This document shows, piece by piece, positions 1-9,700 of a stretch of 64,000 nucleotides of DNA. The notes beneath the pieces were generated by a model. It saw nothing but the letters and a program-made list of their open reading frames with translations, did no database searches and was not told where the DNA came from. This stretch comes from an uncultured Bacilli bacterium (GTDB lineage: Bacteria; Bacillota_I; Bacilli_A; RF39; UBA660). The position numbers and the translations under genes are program-made. Location of the stretch: contig CAKOPK010000003.1 in NCBI GenBank assembly GCA_934099115.1, positions 24,409 to 88,408 of the forward strand, given 5' to 3'. Within the stretch, counting starts at the first letter, position 1, and each line of letters starts with the position of its first letter.

Positions 1-246
1 ATTTCTTAAAGCATCTTCTATAGGAACACTCTCACTTGCAATATCTTCTCTTAAAGTATAAACAAAATCATCTAAAGCATGTGTCATAGGATCTACATCT
101 GAAATACCATCTATTTGATTAATTAAATCAATATTTTTATCAATAATTTCAAATTCATCTAAAACCATTTTGTTTTCTTCTTCCGTTAATCCAATTAATA
201 ATTTATCAGCATAATCATCAACCATTTCTTTTGTAAATTTACTCAT
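1..246 (-). CDS. gatC: Asp-tRNA(Asn)/Glu-tRNA(Gln) amidotransferase subunit C, 5' portion (gene runs off the left edge)
   Basis: Not in ORF track. Reverse complement of 1-246 reads MSKFTKEMVDDYADKLLIGLTEEENKMVLDEFEIIDKNIDLINQIDGISDVDPMTHALDDFVYTLREDIASESVPIEDALRN. AAGGAGGAAAAATA lies upstream of the ATG (246-244). Size and the LREDxxxxS...EDAL pattern are GatC-like. Confidence 0.7.
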   Translation of the reverse strand, partial: MSKFTKEMVDDYADKLLIGLTEEENKMVLDEFEIIDKNIDLINQIDGISDVDPMTHALDDFVYTLREDIASESVPIEDALRN

Positions 247-389
247 TATTTTTCCTCCTTATATATAGAAAAATCATCTTGTTTTCTTAAAAAAATAGAA
301 TTATTTTCACTTTCTTATTTTACTCTAAATAGCCTTAATTGTCAATTAACCCCTAAATACATATAAAAAGAAAAAGAATTTTCTTTTTC

Positions 390-1754
390 TTAATAATCAC
401 ATGATTTTGGAGTTCTAGGATAAGGAATAACATCACGAATATTATCAACTCCTGTTAGATAAATTAACAATCTTTCAAATCCCATTCCAAATCCTGAGTG
501 AATAGCTCCTCCATATTTTCTTAAATTCAAATACCAATCTAATTCACTCTTATCCATATTTAATTCATCCATACGTTTTACTAAAAGTTCATAATTTTCT
601 TCTCTTTGAGAACCACCCATTAATTCTCCAGCTCCAGGTACTTCAAGGTCAACAGCCGCTACTGTCTTACCATCAGGATTTTGCTTCATATAAAATGCTT
701 TAATATCTTTTGGCCAATTCTTAATAAATACTGGCCCATCAAAATATTCTGTAATATATTTTTCATGTTCTTTAGCAATATCTTCTCCATATTCCGGAAT
801 AAATTCCCATTTAACAGGAGCTTCTTTTAATATTCGAATTACTTCTTCATGATCAATTCTTGTAAACTTACTTTTAACTAGTTTTTCTAACTTATCTTTT
901 AATCCTTTTTCTACGAATTTATCAAAGAATTCTACTTCTGTAGAAGCATTATCTAATACATAAGAAACTACATATTTTAACATATCTTCCATAATATTCA
1001 TGTCTTCTTCTAAATCACAAAAGGCAATTTCTGGTTCAATCATCCAGAATTCAGAAGCATGAACCTTTGTATTGGAATTCTCTGCACGAAAAGTCGGACC
1101 AAAAGTATAAGTCTTTTTATAAGCCATAGCAAATGTTTCAGCTTCCAATTGTCCAGAAACAGTTAAACCAGCTCTTTTCCCAAAAAAATCTTTCGAAAAA
1201 TCTGGTTCTCCCTTTATTTTATCTAAAGGAAGTGTAGTAACTTGAAACATTTCTCCTGCTCCCTCACAATCACTAGCAGTTATGATAGGTGCATGAAAAT
1301 AGACATAACCCCTTTCTTGAAAATATTTGTGTATTGCATAAGCAGCAATACTTCTAACTCTAAAAACAGCTTGAAAAAGATTCGTTCTTGGTCTTAAATA
1401 AGCTACGTCTCTTAAAAATTCTCTAGTGTGTCTCTTAGGTTGAATAGGATAATCTTCTGGGCAAGCACCTAAAAGAATTATCTTACTAGCTCTTAATTCA
1501 TAATCTTGATTACCACTTGAAGGAACAATACTACCTTCTACCGAAATCGCAGAGCCTACTAATAATTTTTTAATCTCATTAAAATTTTCTAATTCTTCAT
1601 CATAAACAATTTGTAAGTGTTCTTGACAAGTACCATCACTAAAATCAATAAATCCAAAAGTCTTTTGGTCTCTATGATTACGAATCCAACCATTAATCTT
1701 GATAGTCTTACCTTGAAAACTTTCAATATCTTTTAATATATCTCTTAAATCCAT
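390..1754 (-). CDS. asnS: asparaginyl-tRNA synthetase
   Basis: 454-aa ORF. Class IIb aaRS with FRAENSNTKVHASEFWMIEPE and GGSQRE motifs, N-terminal OB-fold region, AsnRS-like length. Confidence 0.9.
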   Translation of the reverse strand: MDLRDILKDIESFQGKTIKINGWIRNHRDQKTFGFIDFSDGTCQEHLQIVYDEELENFNEIKKLLVGSAISVEGSIVPSSGNQDYELRASKIILLGACPEDYPIQPKRHTREFLRDVAYLRPRTNLFQAVFRVRSIAAYAIHKYFQERGYVYFHAPIITASDCEGAGEMFQVTTLPLDKIKGEPDFSKDFFGKRAGLTVSGQLEAETFAMAYKKTYTFGPTFRAENSNTKVHASEFWMIEPEIAFCDLEEDMNIMEDMLKYVVSYVLDNASTEVEFFDKFVEKGLKDKLEKLVKSKFTRIDHEEVIRILKEAPVKWEFIPEYGEDIAKEHEKYITEYFDGPVFIKNWPKDIKAFYMKQNPDGKTVAAVDLEVPGAGELMGGSQREENYELLVKRMDELNMDKSELDWYLNLRKYGGAIHSGFGMGFERLLIYLTGVDNIRDVIPYPRTPKSCDY

Positions 1755-1767
1755 TTTTATATCCTTT

Positions 1768-3057
1768 CTATGGGGTTAATCTTGAAGGGCCTCTAAATAA
1801 AAACATAGTTTCTTTTAAACTTGGCAATCCCAATAATAACATAGTTAATCGGTCAATTCCAATTGCAAATCCCCCATGTGGAGGGCATCCATATTTAAAG
1901 AATTGTAAATAAAACTCTACGTCTTTACCTAACCCTTTTTCTAAAGCTTGTTCTCTTAATATTGGATAGCGATGTTCTCTTTGAGCCCCAGTTGTAATCT
2001 CTGTACCCTTCCAAATTAAATCATATCCTTGTGGAATATCATCTTTACGCATATGATAAAACGCTCTTTTTGTCTTAGCAAAATCAGTAACAAAAATAAA
2101 TTCATGGCCATATTCTTCCATCGCATATCTACTTGTTAACTTTTCTGCTTCAGCATTCATATCCCCAATATCATGTTCTGGTATAACATATTGATATCTT
2201 TTATTTAATTCTTGATATAAATCCTGTAATTTAATGCGTGGGAATGGACGAGTTGGCACAACAACATCTACTCCAAATAATTCTTTAATTTTGTCTCCAT
2301 ATAATTCTTTTACTCTTGTGATTCCACTTACTAATACAGCTTCTTCCATATCCATAACATCCTGATAAGAATCTATATAAGCAAATTCTAAATCAAAAGA
2401 AGTAAATTCTGTAGCATGACGATTCGTATTTGAATTCTCTGCCCGAAAAGCAGGAGCAATTTCAAAAATTCTTTCTAAACCACTAGCCATTGCCATCTGT
2501 TTATAAAACTGAGGGCTTTGAGCCAAATAAGCAGGATGATTAAAATAATTAACTTCAAATACTTCACTGCCAGACTCAGAAGCTGTAGCAATTATCTTTG
2601 GTGTGTGAATCTCCGTAAAATCATTTTCTAATAAATAACTACGCATACCATCTACAAAAGCTGTTTGAGCTTCATAGATTAAATGACTTTTTTCATTTCT
2701 TAAATCTATCCAACGATAGTCTAATCTAGTATCAATATTAGCACTTTCCTCTAAAGGACTAGCTTCTGCCATACTTAATACTTGTATATTAGAAGGAATA
2801 AATTCCTTTCCTCCTTGTTTTACATATTCACTCTTATGCATTACTCCCGAAATAGAAAGAACACTATTTGCAAGTACTCCATCTAAAGCATTTACACACT
2901 CTAAATTAGATGCTTTATCAATAGAAACTTGAATAGAACCACTTCTATCTTTTAAAACAAGAAAAATCATATATTTAGTATTTCTTATTTTTTCTATCCA
3001 TCCTCTTATATTACATTCTTTTTCTTCTTCTAGATTATTTATTAATACTCTCTTCAT
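1768..3057 (-). CDS. aspS: aspartyl-tRNA synthetase, short (archaeal/type-2-like) form
   Basis: 429-aa ORF with FRAENSNTNRHATEF and PPHGGFAIGIDRL class II motifs. About 430 aa, so it lacks the large bacterial insertion domain. Immediately follows hisS as in the Firmicutes hisS-aspS operon. Confidence 0.85.
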   Translation of the reverse strand: MKRVLINNLEEEKECNIRGWIEKIRNTKYMIFLVLKDRSGSIQVSIDKASNLECVNALDGVLANSVLSISGVMHKSEYVKQGGKEFIPSNIQVLSMAEASPLEESANIDTRLDYRWIDLRNEKSHLIYEAQTAFVDGMRSYLLENDFTEIHTPKIIATASESGSEVFEVNYFNHPAYLAQSPQFYKQMAMASGLERIFEIAPAFRAENSNTNRHATEFTSFDLEFAYIDSYQDVMDMEEAVLVSGITRVKELYGDKIKELFGVDVVVPTRPFPRIKLQDLYQELNKRYQYVIPEHDIGDMNAEAEKLTSRYAMEEYGHEFIFVTDFAKTKRAFYHMRKDDIPQGYDLIWKGTEITTGAQREHRYPILREQALEKGLGKDVEFYLQFFKYGCPPHGGFAIGIDRLTMLLLGLPSLKETMFLFRGPSRLTP

Positions 3058-3065
3058 AAATCCTC

Positions 3066-4331
3066 CTATTGATGACTGATAATATAATCAATAATTTCTG
3101 CTTCATCAACTTTTTCTTCTTCATGTGTTAAATTATCTTTAACAGTAATAATTCCATGGCTTAAATCTTCATCATTTAATAAAATAAGTGTTCTAGCTTT
3201 TAAACGGTCAGCTTGTTTAAATTGCGCCTTAAGCCCTCTATTTATAGTATCATACTCACATTTAATTTCACTCCAACGTAAATCTTGAGCGATTCTAGCA
3301 GCATTTAATCTTTCTTCTTTAGAAACACCTAAAATATAAACATCAATACCAGAATCCATATCACGATTCTCATCTAATTCTTTAAGCATCATCATAAATC
3401 TATCGATACCACAAGCCCAGCCAACACAAGCAGTTTCAGGTCCATCTAAAACTTCAACTAATTTATTGTAGCGACCTCCACCACCAAGAGTATTAGCAGA
3501 ACCAAATTTTTCTAAATTTGTTTGAAATTCAAATACAGTATGATTGTAATAATCAAGACCTCTTACAACACTTGTATCTATTTCATAGTCTACATCTAAT
3601 ACTCTTAAATATTCTAAAACTTCTTCAAATCTTTTTTTACTTTCAAGATTTAAATAATCAGTAATAACTGGTGCATTCTTTAATATTGGATTTTCTGCGT
3701 CTACTTTACAATCTAAAATACGTAAAGGATTTTTGTGTAATCGCTTATTACAATCAGGACATAATTCATGAATATGTGGTTCTAAATAATTAACAAGAGC
3801 ATTCTTATAATTTTCTCTAGATTCATTATCTCCAAGAGTATTAATCTTAACTACTACATCAGATATCCCAAGTTCTTCTAAAACTCTATAAGCAAGACTA
3901 ATTACTTCAGCATCTTGACTAGCTTCATCACTTCCAAGAACTTCTACTCCAAATTGAGTTAATTCACGATATCTTCCTGCTTGTGGTCTTTCATAACGAT
4001 ACATAGTACCTTCATAATATAATTTAATAGGTTGATTAGCGAATCCATACATCTTATTCTCGATATAAGAGCGAACTACTGCAGCAGTTCCCTCAGGTCT
4101 TAAAGTCATACTTCTTCCACCACGGTCTACAAAATCATAAGTCTCTTTAGATACGATATCTGTAGTTTCTCCAACACCACGATGAAATACTTCACTAGCC
4201 TCAAATATAGGGGTACGAATAAAATTATAATTATAATATTCACATACAGTAGAGAATACCCCTCTAATATAATTATAATACTTGGCATCAGTTCCAAAAA
4301 TGTCATAAGTTCCTTTTGGTTTAGTTATCAT
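3066..4331 (-). CDS. hisS: histidyl-tRNA synthetase
   Basis: 421-aa ORF with MTLRPEGTA, RYERPQAGRYRE and GGGGRY motifs. GGAGAGAGG SD upstream. Confidence 0.95.
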   Translation of the reverse strand: MITKPKGTYDIFGTDAKYYNYIRGVFSTVCEYYNYNFIRTPIFEASEVFHRGVGETTDIVSKETYDFVDRGGRSMTLRPEGTAAVVRSYIENKMYGFANQPIKLYYEGTMYRYERPQAGRYRELTQFGVEVLGSDEASQDAEVISLAYRVLEELGISDVVVKINTLGDNESRENYKNALVNYLEPHIHELCPDCNKRLHKNPLRILDCKVDAENPILKNAPVITDYLNLESKKRFEEVLEYLRVLDVDYEIDTSVVRGLDYYNHTVFEFQTNLEKFGSANTLGGGGRYNKLVEVLDGPETACVGWACGIDRFMMMLKELDENRDMDSGIDVYILGVSKEERLNAARIAQDLRWSEIKCEYDTINRGLKAQFKQADRLKARTLILLNDEDLSHGIITVKDNLTHEEEKVDEAEIIDYIISHQ

Positions 4332-4560
4332 ATTTTCCTCTCTCCTTCTTTAAACAAAAAAGTACCTAGTAAATAAGGGCAAGTATATACCTGCGGTGCC
4401 AACCTTATTTTACTAAGTACTATTTGTTGTTATCACGGGTTAACCGCGTTTTCCTAATATGGAAAGCTGTCTTCATATAAAGAATATTTAAGCATTTCCA
4501 GCTTCTAGCTCTCTCTATAAAATATTTCTTTATTTACTTTTCTTCCCTAGAAAAATGTAT
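4332..4560 (-). promoter_or_regulatory. T-box leader RNA of the hisS-aspS-asnS operon
   Basis: Minus strand shows AGUA, an AGAGAG bulge, a GCUGGAAA distal loop, the T-box sequence AAUAAGGUUGGCACCGCAG (plus-strand ctgcggtgccaacc at 4391-4404), and a long hairpin AGTACTTAGTAAAATAAGG / CCTTATTTACTAGGTACT followed by TTTTTT just before the SD. Confidence 0.8.
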
Positions 4561-4566
4561 AGTCTT

Positions 4567-4595
4567 ATTTTAGTATAAAAATTAGTGATAGTCAA
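4567..4595 (-). promoter_or_regulatory. sigma-A-type promoter for the hisS leader
   Basis: Minus strand TTGACT (4595-4590), 17-nt spacer, TAAAAT (4572-4567). Confidence 0.55.
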
Positions 4596-4612
4596 GAAAA
4601 TATTTTTATTTT

Positions 4613-4640
4613 AATCGAAAAAACAGATATGACTATCTGT
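4613..4640 (-). terminator. intrinsic terminator after the 202-aa ORF
   Basis: Minus strand AACAGAT-AGTCAT-ATCTGTT followed by TTTTTT. Overlaps the ORF stop. Confidence 0.5.
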
Positions 4641-5248
4641 TATCTTGCAGAACGTAATCTTACTTGATTATTTGTTTTAATCTCTGCTCTAGGTTCATCA
4701 GTATAACTTAAAATATTATCATTTACCATTTCAAAAACAACTTTACCTTCACCATTTGTTTTACTAGCTACATTTTCTAGAACTGCTTGATATAACTTAC
4801 TTACTAGTGTATTTTGTAAAACAACATTTTTAGCATCATTAAGTGCATTTTTATCATTTGTCATAAGAGCATAATCAAAGACATTTTGGCCATTATATTG
4901 TTCTTGAGCATTCATAAAACTTATAATAGTACCATTTTGATCAATATATGCTGCATTACCATCTTTTAATTTAATTGTAGCATAAGAATAAAATTTTAAG
5001 ATACTTTTTTCAAAATCACTAAATTTTTCAAAGTCATCTGTTGTAAATCTAAGCGACATTAAGTCTTTATCTAAATCATAAAGATAAGTTTTAATTCCAT
5101 GTAAACTAGCTTTTGCAATAAATGTATCTCCTAATTTATTAATTAACATTCTTAAAAGTAATTCATCATTATCTAAAGCTAAATAACGGTTGTAAAACTC
5201 AATAAACTCTTCTCTTTTACTTAATTTTTTTGCTGAAACTTTAATCAT
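4640..5248 (-). CDS. hypothetical protein (202 aa)
   Basis: Long ORF with AAGGAGGAAATTTT SD before the ATG and its own terminator. No family recognised. Confidence 0.5.
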   Translation of the reverse strand: MIKVSAKKLSKREEFIEFYNRYLALDNDELLLRMLINKLGDTFIAKASLHGIKTYLYDLDKDLMSLRFTTDDFEKFSDFEKSILKFYSYATIKLKDGNAAYIDQNGTIISFMNAQEQYNGQNVFDYALMTNDKNALNDAKNVVLQNTLVSKLYQAVLENVASKTNGEGKVVFEMVNDNILSYTDEPRAEIKTNNQVRLRSAR

Positions 5249-5399
5249 AAAATTTCCTCCTTTTTTTCCTTTTTAAGGGTAATTTAGATTATAGCAAAAA
5301 ACATTTTAAAAGTAAAGAAAAACGTTCTTAAATGTCTAAAAACCCCAATTTCACGCTTAAAACTGAGGTTTTTACTACATTTTTCTTTTATATGTATAC

Positions 5400-5849
5400 T
5401 TAAGACATTTTATTTTCAATTTCTAACATAATAGTAATAGGCCCATCATTTAATATATTTACCTGCATGTCACTTCCAAAAACTCCTGTCTCTGTCGAAA
5501 TTCTTTTTCTTAATAATTGAACCCACTTTTCATATAGTACACTAGCTTCCCTTCCATTTAAAGCTCTAATATAAGAAGGCCTATTCCCTTTTAAAGTATT
5601 CGCATATAAAGTAAATTGACTAATAGATAAAATACGACCTTCTACATCTAAAATAGACTTATTCATGACTCCAGCATCATCATCAAAAATCCTTAATTTT
5701 AGGACTTTATCTAGCATTTTTTCTAATACTTCTTCGTTATCTCCAGCAGTAAACCCTACTAAAAGAACTAATCCAAAATCAATTTCTCCAACTAATTTTT
5801 CTTCTATAGAAACACTACTATGTTTACTTCTTTGTACTAATACTCTCAT
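5400..5849 (-). CDS. dtd: D-aminoacyl-tRNA deacylase
   Basis: 149 aa with MRVLVQR..., SQFTLYA and NDGPITI motifs. Overlaps the relA stop, as in the relA-dtd pair of Bacillus. Confidence 0.9.
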   Translation of the reverse strand: MRVLVQRSKHSSVSIEEKLVGEIDFGLVLLVGFTAGDNEEVLEKMLDKVLKLRIFDDDAGVMNKSILDVEGRILSISQFTLYANTLKGNRPSYIRALNGREASVLYEKWVQLLRKRISTETGVFGSDMQVNILNDGPITIMLEIENKMS

Positions 5850-8002
5850 TACTTACTCCTTTTTACACTAACAACAAAAGGAAGCATATCTAAATCTAAT
5901 ATAATACGGTCTATTTCTTCTTTATTCTTCACCTTTAAAGTCATTTCATATTGATATGCATCTTTAAATTCTTTAGTCTTAAAAGCATCTATATATAAAT
6001 TTCTCTTAGTAAAAGCTGCAATAATATCTGTTAAATAATTCTTATCATTAAAGGTTTCTATATATAAATCTGTTAAATAGGTAGTCTCATTTTCTAAATT
6101 CCAAGAAACATCTATCATTCTCTCTTCTTTGCCAGCTATATTAGAACAAAACTTCTTATGAACTGTAATACCTTGCCCTTTCGTTATAAAGCCAACAATA
6201 GCATCTCCCTTAACAGGTTTACAACATTTCGCAATATTAACTAATACATCTCCAATACCAGCAACTATAATATCATTTTTATAGCTTTTCTCTTCTCTTG
6301 GATGATTATTTACTTTTTCAATTAAAACATCTTCTACTGTATCTTTTTCAAGTTTTGTAAGAGATATCATATATCCTGCTGTATATCTTAAAGTACCAAT
6401 CGATAAATAAATTTCTTCTATATCTTTTAATTTCAAATCTTTTAATATTTTCTTAACATTTTCTTCTGACATGACATCATTAAAAGCAAGTTTTCTTTTT
6501 CTTACTTCTTTTTCTAGAATATCTTTTCCTTTTTCAATCATAAATATTCTTTCTTGTTTACTAAAGTAAGATTTAATTTTATTCTTTGCTTGGCTCGTTT
6601 TAACAAAATTTAACCAATCTTTATTAGGAGTACTAGCACTATTAGTCTTAATCTTAACAATGTCATTATTATCTAATTCATGATTAAGAGGAACAATTAC
6701 ATCATTCACAATCGCTCCAACAGTCTTATCTCCCACATCAGAATGGATGCGATAAGCAAAATCTATTGGTGTTGCTCCTCTAGGTAATTCCACAACGTCC
6801 CCTTTAGGTGTAAAAACATAAATCATTTCTGCTAAAATATCACTAGTAACATTATTTTCAAAAGTAACATCGTCTGCCTCTTCACTAGTTTCAATCAAAT
6901 TTCGGAACATCTCTAACTTTTGTTCCATTAAATTTTGAACTTTTTTAGTTCCATGTTCTTTATATGACCAATGTGAAGCCATACCTTTTTCAGCAAATTC
7001 ATCCATTTCAAATGTTCGAAATTGAACTTCAAATAAATGACCATCTACTCCAAAAACAGTAGTATGTAAACTCTGATACATATTCGCTTTTGGCATAGCA
7101 ATATAATCTTTAAATCTTTTAGGAATAGGACGATACTTAGAATGAACTAAACCAACTGCCATATAGCAATCACTTACTTGATCTAATATAACTCTAAGAG
7201 CTAATATATCATAAATCTCATTCCATTTCTTACCATTAGCTAATTTATTATAAATAGAATGTACACTCTTAACTCGTCCTTTAATTTTAAACTTTAAACC
7301 TTGTTCTGTTAAAATATTAGTAATACTTTCTTTCATTTCATTTAAAGAATCATTTAATTCTTCTCTAGATTCATCTAATTTATCTAGTATATCTTGATAT
7401 ACATCTGGTTTTGTATAATATAAACATAAATCTTCTAATTCGCTCTTAATAGAATTAATTCCTAGACGATGTGCAATAGGTATTAAAACAGCCTGTGTTT
7501 CATAAGCCTTTTGCTTTTGCTTCTTAGGATTAATCGCATAATTAGTACGCATATTATGCAAACGGTCTGCTAACTTAATAAATAAAACACGTACATCAGT
7601 AGCTAACCCTACTAAAACTTTTCTTAAATAAATAGCACTAGACTCACTATCATCTACTAACTCTAATTTATTAATCTTTGTAATAGAATCTACTATCGTA
7701 GCAACCGTTTCCCCAAATTTTTCGGCAATCTCCGTATAAGAAATATCTCCATTATTCATAACTTCGTGTAATAAAGCTCCTATTATAGTAGTTGCATCTA
7801 CATTTAAATCATTAACAATCTCTGCTACATGTAAAGGATGGGTAATAAAATCTTCCCCATTTAAACGTTTCATACCTTTATGAGCATTAAAAGCAAATTG
7901 ATAAGCCTCTTTTATTTTCATTAATTCTTCTGTATCTTGAATATTACTCTTTATTTTTTCATATACACTATCAAATGTAATTATTTCTTCTTTTGTATTC
8001 AT
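5849..8002 (-). CDS. relA: bifunctional (p)ppGpp synthetase/hydrolase, RelA/SpoT family
   Basis: 717 aa. HD hydrolase region (HPLHVAEI), synthetase region, and TGS and ACT-like C-terminus by pattern. Confidence 0.95.
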   Translation of the reverse strand: MNTKEEIITFDSVYEKIKSNIQDTEELMKIKEAYQFAFNAHKGMKRLNGEDFITHPLHVAEIVNDLNVDATTIIGALLHEVMNNGDISYTEIAEKFGETVATIVDSITKINKLELVDDSESSAIYLRKVLVGLATDVRVLFIKLADRLHNMRTNYAINPKKQKQKAYETQAVLIPIAHRLGINSIKSELEDLCLYYTKPDVYQDILDKLDESREELNDSLNEMKESITNILTEQGLKFKIKGRVKSVHSIYNKLANGKKWNEIYDILALRVILDQVSDCYMAVGLVHSKYRPIPKRFKDYIAMPKANMYQSLHTTVFGVDGHLFEVQFRTFEMDEFAEKGMASHWSYKEHGTKKVQNLMEQKLEMFRNLIETSEEADDVTFENNVTSDILAEMIYVFTPKGDVVELPRGATPIDFAYRIHSDVGDKTVGAIVNDVIVPLNHELDNNDIVKIKTNSASTPNKDWLNFVKTSQAKNKIKSYFSKQERIFMIEKGKDILEKEVRKRKLAFNDVMSEENVKKILKDLKLKDIEEIYLSIGTLRYTAGYMISLTKLEKDTVEDVLIEKVNNHPREEKSYKNDIIVAGIGDVLVNIAKCCKPVKGDAIVGFITKGQGITVHKKFCSNIAGKEERMIDVSWNLENETTYLTDLYIETFNDKNYLTDIIAAFTKRNLYIDAFKTKEFKDAYQYEMTLKVKNKEEIDRIILDLDMLPFVVSVKRSK

Positions 8003-8019
8003 CTTTCTCTCTCTTTCAA

Positions 8020-8313
8020 TTAATTTAAATATATATTTTCTTCATGATTAATATTTCTTCTACTCTTTTTAATTTCATCTTTAACATATTCATTAATCTC
8101 TAGTTCATTCAAATTAAAAATATCATTAACCATACTTCCTAAATCTAAATCATAAGAACGTGACCATTTATATTCTTTTAAATAATTCCATATATCTTCT
8201 TCATATATATAATTCATACCCTTTTTATGTAATTCTCTTGCTTTACTCTTTAATGCTGGTTTAATATGATTATATAAATCCGTAACACTTTTAAACTTAA
8301 TTTCATTATTCAT
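8020..8313 (-). CDS. post-transcriptional regulator ComN/YrzD-like protein
   Basis: 97 aa. The pattern IKPALKSKA...EEDIWNYLKEYKW...MVNDI resembles B. subtilis ComN. It is divergent from a spoVB-like gene and close to relA, as in Bacillus. Confidence 0.5.
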   Translation of the reverse strand: MNNEIKFKSVTDLYNHIKPALKSKARELHKKGMNYIYEEDIWNYLKEYKWSRSYDLDLGSMVNDIFNLNELEINEYVKDEIKKSRRNINHEENIYLN

Positions 8314-8391
8314 TCAATCACTCATTTCTAAAAAGGTATCTGCTTTCATATATTTATTATATACCATTTTATTCTATTTTTAAAGAGGAGA

Positions 8392-9687
8392 TTGCTTTTG
8401 AAAAATAACAAATTTTTAACTGCGACATTTATATTAATGTTAGGTGGTTTTATAACAAAAATACTTGGTTTTATTATTAAGATTATATATACCAGAATGG
8501 TAGGAAATGAAGCAATAAGTTTATATGCTTTAGTAATGCCTACTTATTCTTTAATGCTTACTATTGCAACTCTTTCTCTACCAATAGTTATATCTAAAAT
8601 TATAAGTGAAGAAAAACATAAAAGTATAACCGTCTTAAGTTCTGCTTTCTTCATTACTTTTGCTTTAAATATAGCAATGGTTTTAATCATTTATCTCACA
8701 AAAGATTTTATTGCCAATAATCTTCTTCATGATAATAGATGTAGTAGTTTAATACTAGCAATGGCTCTTACATTTCCTTTTGTTTCTATATCTAGTATTT
8801 TAAAAGGTTATTTTTATGGTAAACAAAAAATGCTACCTCACACAATATCTAATATTATTGAACAAATCATTAGATTAGCTTGTATTTATATATTTATTCC
8901 AACTTTAATTAAAAAAGGTATTACAGATGCCGTTATTGGTTTGATTTTAATTAGCATTATATCTGAATTAGCATCCATTTTTACATTCTTATTCTTTTTA
9001 CCTAAAAATTTTACAATAAGAAAAAATGAATTAAAACCAGATATTGGTACTACTAAAGAAATACTTAATTTATCTTTACCTACAGTATCTGGAAGATTAA
9101 TTGGTAATATTGGTTTCTTTTTTGAGCCTATTATTTTAACTAATATTCTTCTAGCTATTGGATATTCCAATCATTTTATCTTAACAGAATATGGTGCTTA
9201 TAATGCTTATTCAATAAGTCTTCTGGCTATGCCCAGTTTCTTTGTTCAGGCAATATCCTCTTCTCTCTTACCAGAAATATCTAAATTCTACAGTCAAAAA
9301 AATATGTCTATGGTTAAAAGAAGATATAAACAAGCTTTTATCTTATCATTTATTGTCGGTGTCTTCTTCTCTACTATCATTTATATCTTTAGAGATAATC
9401 TTTTACAAGCATTATATAATACCACAAATGGTTCCAATTACATTGCTATTTTAGCTCCATTTTTTGTTTTATTCTACTTAGAAGGACCTATGCAAAGTGT
9501 CTTACAAGCTATTGGTAAAGCAAAAACTTGTATGTTTATTACTCTAATTGCTATTCTTATAAAACTTCTTTCTATGACAGTTTTATCTTTCCTTCATATT
9601 GGTATGTATTCTTTAGTTATCGCTGAAATTATAGATATTTTTATTGTAGTATTATTATGTATAAAAACAATAAATAAAGCTATATAA
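8392..9687 (+). CDS. MOP-superfamily flippase, SpoVB (stage V sporulation protein B)/MurJ-like
   Basis: 431 aa, polytopic. The N-terminus FILMLGGFITKILGFIIKIIYTRMVGNEAISLYALVMP...LPIVISKIISE and SILKGYFYGKQKM...IIEQIIR closely follow the SpoVB pattern. Shorter than the roughly 518-aa Bacillus SpoVB. Confidence 0.7.
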   Translation: MLLKNNKFLTATFILMLGGFITKILGFIIKIIYTRMVGNEAISLYALVMPTYSLMLTIATLSLPIVISKIISEEKHKSITVLSSAFFITFALNIAMVLIIYLTKDFIANNLLHDNRCSSLILAMALTFPFVSISSILKGYFYGKQKMLPHTISNIIEQIIRLACIYIFIPTLIKKGITDAVIGLILISIISELASIFTFLFFLPKNFTIRKNELKPDIGTTKEILNLSLPTVSGRLIGNIGFFFEPIILTNILLAIGYSNHFILTEYGAYNAYSISLLAMPSFFVQAISSSLLPEISKFYSQKNMSMVKRRYKQAFILSFIVGVFFSTIIYIFRDNLLQALYNTTNGSNYIAILAPFFVLFYLEGPMQSVLQAIGKAKTCMFITLIAILIKLLSMTVLSFLHIGMYSLVIAEIIDIFIVVLLCIKTINKAI

Positions 9688-9700
9688 AAAGAACTATAGA

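Noticed and set aside
4182-4376. 64-aa plus-strand ORF overlapping the hisS start and the T-box. Also 5665-5871, 18808-19041, 19553-19819, 23009-23203, 25098-25289, 31489-31746 and 61198-61383.
   Set aside because: Shadow ORFs antisense to annotated genes or leaders, with no independent support.
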